Below, piece after piece: positions 11,986 to 22,696 of a DNA stretch of 64,000 nt. This DNA comes from Schmidtea polychroa (lineage: Eukaryota), in the NCBI GenBank assembly GCA_044892525.1, contig CM097885.1, forward strand, positions 70,742,001-70,806,000. Direction: 5' to 3'. The first letter of the stretch is position 1; every line of letters starts with the position of its first letter. The notes beneath the pieces are model-generated. The model was not told the origin of the DNA, made no database searches, and was given only the letters and a program-made list of their open reading frames with translations. The translations under genes were made by a program, and so were the position numbers.

Positions 11986-14040
11986 AAGCCAATGATAAAA
12001 ATAAGAGTGAACCGACATACAGTTAATGCGGTAATAGACTCAGGAGCAGACGGTACTATAATTGAAGCTAAATTGTTAAACCATCATGAACTGCAGTCGC
12101 TAAAACCGGCAGGAGTAAAATTAACAGGAGCAAACGGATCCTCATTAAACGTAATAGGGTCATTATCATGCCAGATTAAGCTATGTGACCAGGAGCTCCA
12201 TCACGACATCATAGTAATGAGAAGCCTCCCAGCCGAATGTCTATTAGGTATGGACATCCTAAAAAGACTACGAGGAGTAGTATTCGATTGTGCATCTGGA
12301 TTGTTAATCCGAGCTCGAGGTAAAAAGAGAAAAATTTACAACGATGATACAGCTTATATAGATCATACAACTATCATACCACCCAGAGCAGAAACAGTAT
12401 GGTTTGTAGCTACAAGCAATAATTGGGAAGGTGAAGTTGTATTTGAACCAGACGAAAGATTTTCGGAGAAATACAATATACCAGTTACGCATAGCGTAGG
12501 TTTAATAGTCAATGGCAGAATACCAATCAGGGTAGCCAATCTGGACATTAAACCACTTTACTTATATCCAGATACCAGAGTGGGCAGAATCTGGAAACAA
12601 AACGAACCACAAGCCACGGGAGAAGGGTCGATACTCACCGTAAAGGCAGAAGAAAGAGATCCAGACATTGAGTACTATGAGGCACCTACAGCAAACAGCA
12701 AAGTGCTAACTAGAAAGGAAAATATTCAAGTAAATATGTTATTGAGGAAATATGACCAGGTATTCGCAAAACATGAATACGATCGGGGAAAGACAAACTT
12801 GCTAGAACATGAGATTGTTCTCACCAATACAAAACCTATAAAGTTGAGACCATACCGTATTCCATTCAGTCTGGAGGAACCATTAGATAAACAGGTGAAG
12901 CTGATGTTAAAACATGGCATAATCAGGCATAGTAAATCACCATATCAATCACCAATGATAGTGGTGGCCAAGAAGGATGGATCAGTACGATTATGTAACG
13001 ACTATCGCATGGTTAACGAAGCAACATGCAAAGATAGCCATCCATTGCCACTGTTAGATTATATCTATGGACGCATGAGAAACGCAAGGTTCTTTTCAGT
13101 AATGGACGCCCAAAAGGGATTTTATCAAATTAAGCTAAAAGATAAGACTATACCAATAACAGCGTTTTCTACGAGTATGGGTCATTACGAATATAACGTA
13201 ATGCCATTTGGACTCACCGGAGCTCCAGTCACATTTCAAAGAGCAATGAATTTGATGCTCATGAATGTACATCATGCGATGGTATACATTGACGACGTCA
13301 TAGTATTCTCGCCAAATTTGGAAAAACACTTGGAACATTTGGAAGATGTGTTCAAGAGGTTGATCAATGCTAACATGAAAGTGAAACCTACCAAATGTAA
13401 ATGGGCCGAACCAGAAGTGGTATATGTTGGCCATATTATATCACGAGACGAGGTTAAACCCGATCCAGCTAATGTCGAAAAGGTAAAGAATTTCCCGGAG
13501 CCTAAAACCGTTAAACATATCAAAGGGTTTTTAGGTCTAGTTGGATACTACAGAAAATTCATTAGAAACTTTTCGGTTATAGCTTTTCCACTCACGCAGT
13601 TAGAAGGCAAAAATGTCAAATTTGTGTGGGGAACAGAACAGCAAGAAGCATTTGATATGCTCAAGGAAAAACTCATCAAGCCACCTATATTGCGATTTCC
13701 AGACTTTGAGAGACAATTTTTGGTTATGACAGATGCCAGCACTCGGGGCATAGGTGCTGTGCTAGGTCAGAGAGATGACCTAGGAGATGAGTATGCAATT
13801 GCATACGCTAGCAGAGGATTAAAACCGCACGAAAGAAACTACGCAGTGATAGAACTAGAGGCTTTAGCAATTGTGTATGCTATAACCCAGTTTAGGACTT
13901 ACCTATGGGGTCGAAAGATCATAGTGTATACCGATCATAGACCATTACAGTGGCTGACGAAACACACAATGGATACATCAAAACTGGTCAGATGGGCATT
14001 AATTTTACAGCTATATGACATAGAAATCCATTATAGAAAA
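11986..14040 (+). CDS. pol: Aspartic protease, reverse transcriptase and RNase H (part of ORF 10099-14376)
   Basis: VIDSGA at 12037; YRIP, LCNDYRMVN, MDAQKGFYQI, MPFGLTGAP and YIDD (13285); TDAS (13729), ELEALAI, YTDHRPL and NADALSR. Confidence 0.97.
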
Positions 14041-14376
14041 GGAGATCATAATGGAAATGCAGACGCTTTATCAAGAATGGACCAGGAGGAGGAAGCAGAG
14101 AATGTGAAGGAAGGACGTCTCGAAGGGACTATCTTCACACTGACTCGAGAAGTCAACCGGCTAGCTGATTTAATGGAGGCAAAAAAAGCTGACGAAGAAA
14201 TCAATGTCATTCGACAAGCCTTAGAGGCAAAATACGTGCCCACAGAATTCACGAAATATTGGGAAAAGAATAAAGACAAGTTTGTGCTGGAGGAAAGATT
14301 AGTCAAATATTCAGATGTAAGAGACAATGTTCTAATGGTCCCTAAGAAATACCGTAAAGCACTCATGTTGCAGTAA

Positions 14377-15390
14377 CACGATGGAGCCTTAGGAGGCCAC
14401 CTGTCATCCAGAAAAACATTGTCAAGGTTAAAACAAAAATATTTTTGGCCCGGCATGAAACAAGATGTTAAAACCTGGTGTCAGACATGTAAGATCTGTA
14501 TCACCAGAAGGAATACCGGCAAGAAACCACACGTACCAATGAAGCCGATGCCTGTACCATCCACACCTATGGAAATGACGGCAATGGACGTGTTGGGGCC
14601 ATTCAAAGAATCTAATAGCGGAAACAAGTACATATTAGTTTTCTGCGACTACTTGACTAAGTGGCCAGAGGCCTACCCGATGCCTAATCACAAAGCTGAT
14701 ACCATAGCTAGAATTTTCGTTGAACAAATTGTCTTTAGGTATGGAGTACCTACAAAGTTATTAACGGATCGGGGAGCTGATTTCATGAGTAATTTGCTCA
14801 AAGGAATAAATGATTATTTCGGAGTTCTAAAGTTGAACACTTCCCCATATCACCCACAGACGGATGGGCTAGTAGAACGATTTAATGGAACACTAGCTAA
14901 TATGTTAGCATCATATGTAAATTCAGGGCAAACGGATCGGGATATCCACATTCCATCCTGTTTATTTGCATACAGGAATGCAGTACACGAAGGAACAGGT
15001 GAAACGCCATTTTACCTAATGTACCTAAGGTAAAGTAAAATGCCAGTAGATCTGTTGTTTTTCCCTAAAGCAACACAGTATTTAGATCAGGAAGATTATC
15101 TAATGGAAATGAAGGAAAGAATGCAGGAAGCATGGGCTAGAGCAGGTCTCAGTATAAAATATAATCAGGAGGCATCCAAAGATTATCATGACCGAAAAAC
15201 CAAGGATCATGGCATATTGGTTGGAGACCAGGTGATGTTGGAAAGTCATTATAACAAGAAAGGCTTATCACCAAAACTCATGCGAAATTTCAAAGGGCCA
15301 TACGAGGTATTGAGAACCACAGACACAAATCTCATATTACAACTTGTAGCCAACAGAAAAGCAGAACCAATAATGGTGCATGCTAATCGG
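14377..15390 (+). pseudogene. int: Integrase: HHCC finger, D-D(35)-E core, GPY/F module; in-frame stops at 14374 and 15031
   Basis: HDGALGGH...CQTCKIC; D at 14587, D at 14767, E at 14875 (35-residue spacing); KGPY at 15292-15303. Confidence 0.95.
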
Positions 15391-15531
15391 TGTAAAAAGT
15401 GCGAAATCTCAACAAAAGGAACCTCTGGAAATTCAAAAGTAAAAGCACCAGAGAAACAAGTGAAACCAAACACTACCGAAGAACCACAAGAACACCGATA
15501 CCCATTGAGATCACCGGGTGTTCCAAAATCG

Positions 15532-16410
15532 GTAACCTTTTTGCTGATAATAAGCTGTATGATGACTTTGGCAATGGCAAAAAGGGATAGAAAGGCATAT
15601 TTTCAGCCTATGGCGATGCAAGTGGAACATTTACATTTTATAAGAACGTATCACGGAATTAGTATACTCACCACGTGCGATAACGCTACAAAATTCAATT
15701 TACATTTCTACAACAAGTATTTGCGGATCCGCCAACTCAATTCAGAAGAAAAAGAGTGGGATTTATATGATTTAAAAGCTGAGACGGATTACAAACTGCA
15801 CATCGCAGCATCAAGGTTATACCAGAGCGGTTGGTATACCTATCACGTATCAAATTGGATCCTAAGGATGGCGGATTTCACAAATCGCATATCGATATCC
15901 TACGAGAAGGAGAAAGTAAAGTTTAGCCAGCAAATTAACAGGGAGGAGGTGAAAATCAGCATTCTAGACGGATCAACCACGAGAGGAACATTATGGTTAG
16001 ACCAGAACTCTCCCTCCCAAGAAATGTATCTAAATCAGTCCGTAGAATATTCGGTTCTAGTTATATACTATAGTCCGAGGAAACGGGAGGACGATAGGTG
16101 GTTCGAGGTATTTGAGGAGATATTGCCTCTGAGACAACCCGTTATAACGAAAACACCACCAAAAGTCGTCAGGGAGAACATGGTGATACATCCCGCAATG
16201 TGGCAACATCTTAGACAGTTGCCACCTATCAAACAAATATCTTGCCAAACGCCCCCAAATCTGACAAACTGTTGTGATTGTAATGCCATCACGAACTTTA
16301 ATGCTGGATATATTCTGAAAATACCCATAGGGGTATGGATTACGGTATCGGCCGTACTATCGCTAGTAACTACACTGATAGCTATGGGTATTTGGACCAA
16401 GCTATATTTT
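15532..16410 (+). other. Second type-I membrane protein module after integrase: signal-like segment, FN3-like ectodomain, Cys-rich stalk, TM
   Basis: VTFLLIISCMMTLAMA; FN3-like strands WDLYDLKAETDYKLHIAAS (15757-15813) and YLNQSVEYSVLV (16027-16062); NCCDC; TM IPIGVWITVSAVLSLVTTLIAMGIW. Confidence 0.6.
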
Positions 16411-16584
16411 AGACAAGCCATAAGGGCTTACGATGGAGTACTGATGTCGCAATTATGACAATTACAGACTCCCCCGAGGGAAAAATCACATATAAATATT
16501 TATATATATCTTAAAATCTATATTTACGTAGAGCTCCAGGTAGCATTAAAATTCAGCATATGTAGATCTTTTATAATAAGACTC

Positions 16585-18691
16585 ATGCATATCTTTTTAG
16601 CCTATTATGGCATATCAGTATATCTGATATTATGGTTAATGATTTTTATTTCAGGAATGCAGAGCCACCCAATATCCCAATACCAAGGAAGGCATAGCAT
16701 TATACGTGCTACGACCTTGCTAAAGGAAAAACTCATTTATAAAAACCTGGAGAAGCAGGTTATAGAGCAAGGTAGAAAAGGCCAAAGGCACTGGTTTTAC
16801 GGACATTGTTCAGGCATACCCAATAATTTCAAGTTTGACGAGGCCCCAAAGCGTCAAATGATTATTTCAAGAATCCCGGGCAAGCATAACGGCAGCATTA
16901 GGCTTACCGAGGTCATGCCTGAGTTTGGCAGACATAGTCTGACCAACCACCTGTGGATACACGCCATTAACAAACCATTTACGGTTTATGTTCCTGGCGC
17001 CACAAACCCTATTTTGCTGCAAAAGCACACAACCCTCGAAATTGAAAACGGGGATGGAAGGGAAAAGAACATCTCACTGTTATGTGAAGGTATAGATACC
17101 ATCATAGCAATGGAAATTCTGGAACCTCACAGAGAAACACAAACGAGATGGGTTAATGACCCAAACTGGACATATAATGTCAACGATAACGACATTAAAA
17201 CATTTAAGTCTTTCGTTAGACAGCGTTTGGACCCTAGACAAGAGGATAACCTCACCATTTTCGTAGCAGCTCACTACGCTACACTACGACAATTCCTGAA
17301 ACCGGCAATCGAGGCCATCTCAATCTCACATTTCAATGGCGATCTGATACTCAACACGAGAGTTACCCCCAGAGCACAGGTCAAACATTACCAATCGCAT
17401 GCGCATGGTATGACCGAGAAACAAATAACAGGACAGTTCGACGGAGAAGACTGTGCCGAAAGAATTAGAAAAATCTCCGATGGGAAGATCATCGTGGGAT
17501 TGCTAGTAAAGGACCTATTAGAAGTAATCAGATTCCCAATGCAGCGCGCACTCGGAATCCGTGAGTTAGGCGCAGCTAAATGCCTCGAAAGTAGGGACCT
17601 AAAGAAATGCAACGGGTATTACCGTTTGGCATATCTGGCAAAAGCAGTCACTGGTAAAGAGGCACATCACTTCTCAGACCTACAAACGGAGAATGATGTC
17701 ACAACCATTAAGGAGATTTACGACAATTTACGAAACATCTGGGTTGATGACATTTCACCAGACACCCGGAAAGAGGTGGTGTCTTCACAAATACAGCAGA
17801 TGGAACCCGGTACCTCAAGCAGGCAGAAACCTCTAGCTATGGAGAGCTATGTGAAAGAAGATATCCCTAGGTCGAAGTTGCTGAAAATAGTGGAAGAAGA
17901 TTCCTTGTCGCCGCCAGCCATTTCAATTGCTGATGAAGACGACTATGCCACTTGTGAGAGTGCAGACGATAACTGCCTCCAAGTCACCCTTACCATTGAC
18001 GGTAGAGTGGTGAATTCGGCTAAAATGGAAGTAGAAAAACCTCAGCCAGCAGAAAAGTTAGTTGAACGGGTCACCAAGATCCTGAAAGCGTTGGCGCCGT
18101 TGGGTGAACCCAAACACGGAGCAGTTTAAAAAGAAAACAACGGAGAAATCCCCCCAGAAAGAGGACAAGGAGAAAAATGTCCCTACCTCTACAAAAAGGA
18201 AAAAGGAGATTCCTAAGAGTACGAAAAAGAAAATGCCTAGGATATCCATCCAGGATGAGGATGACGATCCCCTAGAAACCCACTATCAGCCACCAGATCC
18301 TGCGTTGACCAAGATATTGGCAACAAAGAGTGAACCCACGATTGCAGGAGAGCCTATTATCGTGAAGGAAGGCGAGTTCGTCGGAAGGGGCAACTCAATC
18401 AAAATACGGGAAGATCTCGACAGGGAAGATCCTAGTTGGTGGCAGAGACCCGACAGCAAATGAAAACCGCGTATCAAGGAATACGACGGAGGCCCAATCC
18501 ATGAAGTAGCCGTATCCAATTTCCCCAATTACGGAGTATTGGAGGCTAATGAGGGCTCATATATCTTCACCTCAATTGTGTACAAAGAGGTAAGTACACG
18601 GGAGACTTTGGTGGTCAGTTACAGACCTGACATTGTAGAACAAAGGATCCGTAACGAAAGTGCCAAGGTCATGAAAAGTAGAAAATACTAG
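16585..18691 (+). pseudogene. 3' accessory coding region: hydrophobic segment, degenerate AlkB-like beta-helix (~16850-17120), degenerate DEDDh/ISG20-REX4-like exonuclease (~17251-17727), charged tail via frameshift near 18110-18125
   Basis: Same frame as the polyprotein, with no stop between TGA 16456 and ATG 16585. AISISHFNGDLILNTRVTPRAQVKHYQSHAHGM...KIIVGLLVKDLLEVI...ENDVTTIKEIY follows the REX4/ISG20 pattern. Coding continues in ORF 18104-18463 and, past a TGA, to TAG at ~18691. Confidence 0.6.
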
Positions 18692-18984
18692 CAATTCGGC
18701 TATGTATTCAAGGGACCTAGCAATTTGCTATACGTCCTCAATCCCAACACCTTCGACAACTCAATCCAATCCAGATATTCAAATTGATAGACATTATGAA
18801 CAACATTTGATTAATCTGATTTTTGATTTTGTTTAACAATCTTTGATCATTTTGATTTTTACTTTGATTATTTTATATATATTTTAATCAGTTGTTTTTA
18901 TTTTAATTTTATAATTTTATTTTTATGTATCCGCTGCAATGGTCTTATCTTTACCGCTTTAATTTTCGGGACGAAAATCTTGTT

Positions 18985-18994
18985 AGGGGGAAAA
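18985..18994 (+). promoter_or_regulatory. Polypurine tract of element 1
   Basis: AGGGGGAAAA followed by CA, directly before the 3' LTR. Confidence 0.85.
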
Positions 18995-18996
18995 CA

Positions 18997-20058
18997 TGTT
19001 GGGGTTCAGTAGGAACCGAAATTGAAGGTTCGAAATTAAATAATAATTAAAATAATAATTAATTACTAAAATAGGAAGTAAAATAAAAATAGTATTTTAA
19101 AATTACCAAAAATAGAAATTAAACTATAAAATTAAAACTAAAATATAATTAATAATAAATAATTACTAAAAATAGAATTATAGAAATTATTTAAAAATAT
19201 ATAATAAAAATAGTAATTAAACAATTACTATTAATAGAATTAGGTAAGTAAAAATTATATAAATAGTAGATGAAAATCAGATGGGAGGACGGTGAAAAAA
19301 GATCGGACACGACAGATTAAAAGTAGTTCAAAAAGTCGATATAAATCGAAACTGATTTGCTCGCATTAAGCGAAAGAAAATTTACATTAAATTTGGACAG
19401 ACCAGCATTTGATAGTCTCAGTTGATCAACAATTTTTGATTAAGAAACATTAACAAATAATTTGGAATTTTTTATTTTTTCGCTTATCTCTAACTTCTAT
19501 TGAAGAATTAATTTAAGAAAAAGGGAAGATCAGATTAACAAGTTCAACAACCCATCTGAGGTTCATATTCATTTTCGGAATATCTTATAGTTAGTATTAT
19601 TATTGTCTTATTCTTGAAAATATTTGTTTACTTATTTTAACTAAATAAAGGGACAATATAACCTCATCACTGATTTTTGTGTTGTATCGTTATTTAATAT
19701 TAAAATTCATTTGAAAAGAGTTAACCAATTTCTGGGTTGACTCTATAGCGTGAAATTTGGTGATCTACCCTGTGTCTTTTTCTTACACCAATATCGGGCT
19801 GTTGGGGCATTTAGGGCCAGCCTTGATCCTTAGTAACACTCTTTAGGGCGGTTTGAATAACCGTTTTCTGTACTTAGAGAAAGCAGCGTGTTGTATCTAT
19901 ATATACATATTTAAACGTGTAACTAACCTTTTATTGATAAATAAATATTTAAAACATATCTCTTATTTATTTATTTACCTACACGCGTAAATTATTTACT
20001 TGGAGTCAGATAGAACATTTTTTGTGTTAGTTCGAATTCATACCCATCGAACCTAACA
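18997..20058 (+). repeat. 3' LTR of element 1
   Basis: Direct repeat of 5250-6311, followed by TSD GTCT. Confidence 0.97.
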
Positions 20059-20640
20059 GTCTCGCAGTTGTCACTTTCATTTCTTTGACAGTTATCTTTG
20101 ATTTTACACTGCCTGTGATGTTGTTTTCGGCTATTTGAAATGATTACCGTGGTTAGTTGGCTTGTCAAACTGGTAGTCATATCCTGTAAATATACTTCTT
20201 ACATATTTTTAAGTTGTTTATCACTCGTTTCTAATCTTTTTGCTTCGATTGTTATCAACAATTGTACTGGTTTTACGATTATTTTCATTCGGTAGGTTCA
20301 TGCTAATTTGATTGAAATCGCTTCTATTATCTACTTTTCACTCTCGCACCGTTCTTATTCCTAAAGGATTACTTCTTCTGGTATCTATTTGACTTCTTGA
20401 TCGACTTTTCTGATTTGAAATTGGTTTGATGGTATTTCTTTGGTTGTTTAATGTTTTGATCTGGTACGATCCGATTTTGATCTTGACTTGATACTTTGTT
20501 TATTGCTTTGATTGGATGTCTTTAATACTGGAATTTTGGCTGAATTGATTGCTTTATCTGAATTGAAAAATATCCCTTCTCCCAATCGTTTATCAAATAT
20601 GCATATATTCTTATTTATAATGATGGTATCATGTGGCATA
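20059..20640 (-). pseudogene. Right part of the decayed minus-strand host element interrupted by element 1
   Basis: Reads through the TSD into 5245 and below (…ITVKEMKVTTARRRTTEALKK…), with the same A-rich minus-strand coding composition. The outer boundary is uncertain. Confidence 0.45.
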
Positions 20641-21329
20641 TCTCGGTAAATTAATTTTACATAATTTCCTTTATTTCCGTTATATCTATTTCATTATTGT
20701 AATATCATTTTTGCTTTTATTCCTGAAATTCATTACGAGTTTCAATGTTGCTTCTATCACTTATTCCTAGTTTTCATTCATAGCTTTTCGTATTCCTAAC
20801 ACTATTCCCGTTATTATTTTCAATTCAAGGTTTCTCGTCTTCGTAACTCGTATCGTGTTATTTTTTTCCTTCTGTTGGGTTGGAAGCTAAAATAATAATT
20901 TAATAAAATAATAAAATAATAATTTATTTTTTTGTTTTAATTTGAGAATAAGATTTTTCTTTGTTTTAATAAATAAAATTACGGCAGTAGAGAGTCAACT
21001 GAGATACCTTAATAAGCTTGGAAAAAGCAATAAGTCAAGTCAAATGATAATAGAACACCAAATAAAACAAATTAATCATTACAAAAATAGAATAATTAAA
21101 AACAACAAAAATAATTAAAAATCAAGAAACCGTAAGCAGTATCACAAGTTACACAAGCTAGAAAGAATGGAAAAAGTAATAATTGCGAACGTTTTTTTGA
21201 TTTTTCGAAATAAGATTCATTGCAGAGAAACTTTCAGTAACAAGTTTTTTAGATGATGTATAAATAGTTATTGGTGGAACTTTTGGAACTTTAATACCCT
21301 TTTTAATTCTTTTTCTTAATTTCCTAATA

Positions 21330-21780
21330 TTTTTTACCCTTGCTTTTAAAAAACATTATTACTCGTACATGTTTTCAACTTTGTTTATAAACCATGGCAT
21401 CCATGCGGTATTTTTGTAGCATCTTGAAATGCACTGATAAAAACATTTCGATTGTTAGGATATGATTGACGTGCAAGAAAATCAATGGCAGTCGTATCTC
21501 AAGGGTTCTTAAAAATAACTAAATATTGAACATTTAAATTATGTGTTCGATGTGCACCACCTTGATGAAATAGATAAAAATCTTTTTCTTTATTGGCTTC
21601 TTGGTACAAATCATCGATAATGATGACATCAACTTAGTGTAACCGACTGGACCAGTTTTTATTAAATCCCTTTACTATTTTTATGTTTTTCAATTTTCAG
21701 AAAAACATTTGATTGCGTCAATTCATGTTCTTCAGCAGTACCCCTATACTAATAAATCCTGTTGAATTTGTTTTGAACAT
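21330..21780 (-). pseudogene. Maverick/Polinton packaging ATPase (A32/FtsK-like) remnant, copy 1
   Basis: Minus-strand DVIIIDDLYQEANK (Walker B), then HRTHNLNVQYLVIFKNP*DTTAIDFLARQSYP...FQDATKIPHG; multiple disruptions. Confidence 0.7.
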
Positions 21781-21796
21781 ATTTGATTTTAGTAAT

Positions 21797-21800
<4 letters not shown>

Positions 21801-21875
<75 letters not shown>
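21801..21875. repeat. (AT)n microsatellite
   Basis: About 37 AT units seen directly. Confidence 0.98.
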
Positions 21876-21878
<3 letters not shown>

Positions 21879-22113
21879 GGTAGTTAGTAGCCCACTGCAG
21901 CAATGACCCCTCCCGGGGGGGGGGGGGGGGGTTTCTGCTGCAACTTTTGATTACGCAATTGTTGAAACTCGTTTTTTTTATTGTTCAGTAAGCTACTCTT
22001 ATTTTTTTTTAAATGATTTTCAATACAAAAAAAAACAAGTTACAACAATTGCGCAATCAAAAGTTGCAGCAAAAAAACGGCTTGCATTTGCAGCGGGCTC
22101 CTAACTACCTACT
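21875..22113. mobile_element. 239-bp palindromic element with Polinton-like AGTAG termini
   Basis: AGTAGGTAGTTAGTAGCCCACTGCA ... TGCAGCGGGCTCCTAACTACCTACT terminal inverted repeat, plus an internal inverted repeat (gctgcaacttttgatt.cgcaattgttg / caacaattgcgcaatcaaaagttgcagc). No TSD found. Confidence 0.55.
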
Positions 22114-22129
22114 AAACGGTGCCTGAGAA

Positions 22130-22696
22130 ATGAAATTTTTTCAATGACAATTTTACATGAAAATTATGGTCTAAAATTTTCAATTAAGTTCTAAAATAAA
22201 GTCTAAAATTTTCAATTAAGTAAATTATGGTCTAAAATTTTAAATTAAAGTAAATTATGGTATATATTTTTAAACTTAAGTAAATTAAAGATAAATAAGC
22301 AAATTAAGGTCTTAAATTTCAATTAAGTAAATTAAGGTCTAAAATTTTCAATTAAGCAAATTAAGGTCTAAAATTTTCAATTAAATTAAATTAGGGGTCT
22401 AAATTTTTAAATTGAATTAATCAAGGATCTAAAATTAAACTAAAGTAAATTAATGATAAATAGGTAAATTATGGTCTAAAATTTTCAATTAAGTAAGTTA
22501 AGGTCTAAAATTTTCAATTAAATAAATTATGGTCTAAAATTTTGAATTAAAGTAAATTATGGTATATATTTTTCAACTTAAGTAAATTAAAGATAAATAA
22601 GCAAATTAAGGTCTTAAATTTTAATTAAGTAAATTAAGGTCTAAAATTTTCAATTAAAGTAAATTAAGGTCCAAATTTCGAATTAAAGTTAATTAA
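22130..22696. repeat. AT-rich ~29-30 bp minisatellite (aagtaaattaaggtctaaaattttcaatt-like); resumes at 24998 beyond the piggyBac
   Basis: Tandem degenerate units seen directly on both sides of the piggyBac. Confidence 0.85.

Larger units (their letters stand above)
5250..20058 (+). mobile_element. Full-length env-bearing Ty3/Gypsy LTR retrotransposon (element 1, 14,809 bp), single giant disrupted ORF
   Basis: 1062-bp direct LTRs (TGTTGGGG...CCTAACA), TSD GTCT at 5246-5249 and 20059-20062, PBS and PPT present, and PR-RT-RH-IN order diagnostic of Ty3/Gypsy. Confidence 0.97.

Noticed and set aside
9160-16458. Alternative genetic code or programmed readthrough explaining the in-frame stops
   Set aside because: The stops are mixed TAA/TGA, fall inside conserved domains (IN zinc finger, Env) and are best explained as point mutations. 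Neighbouring genes use standard stops.
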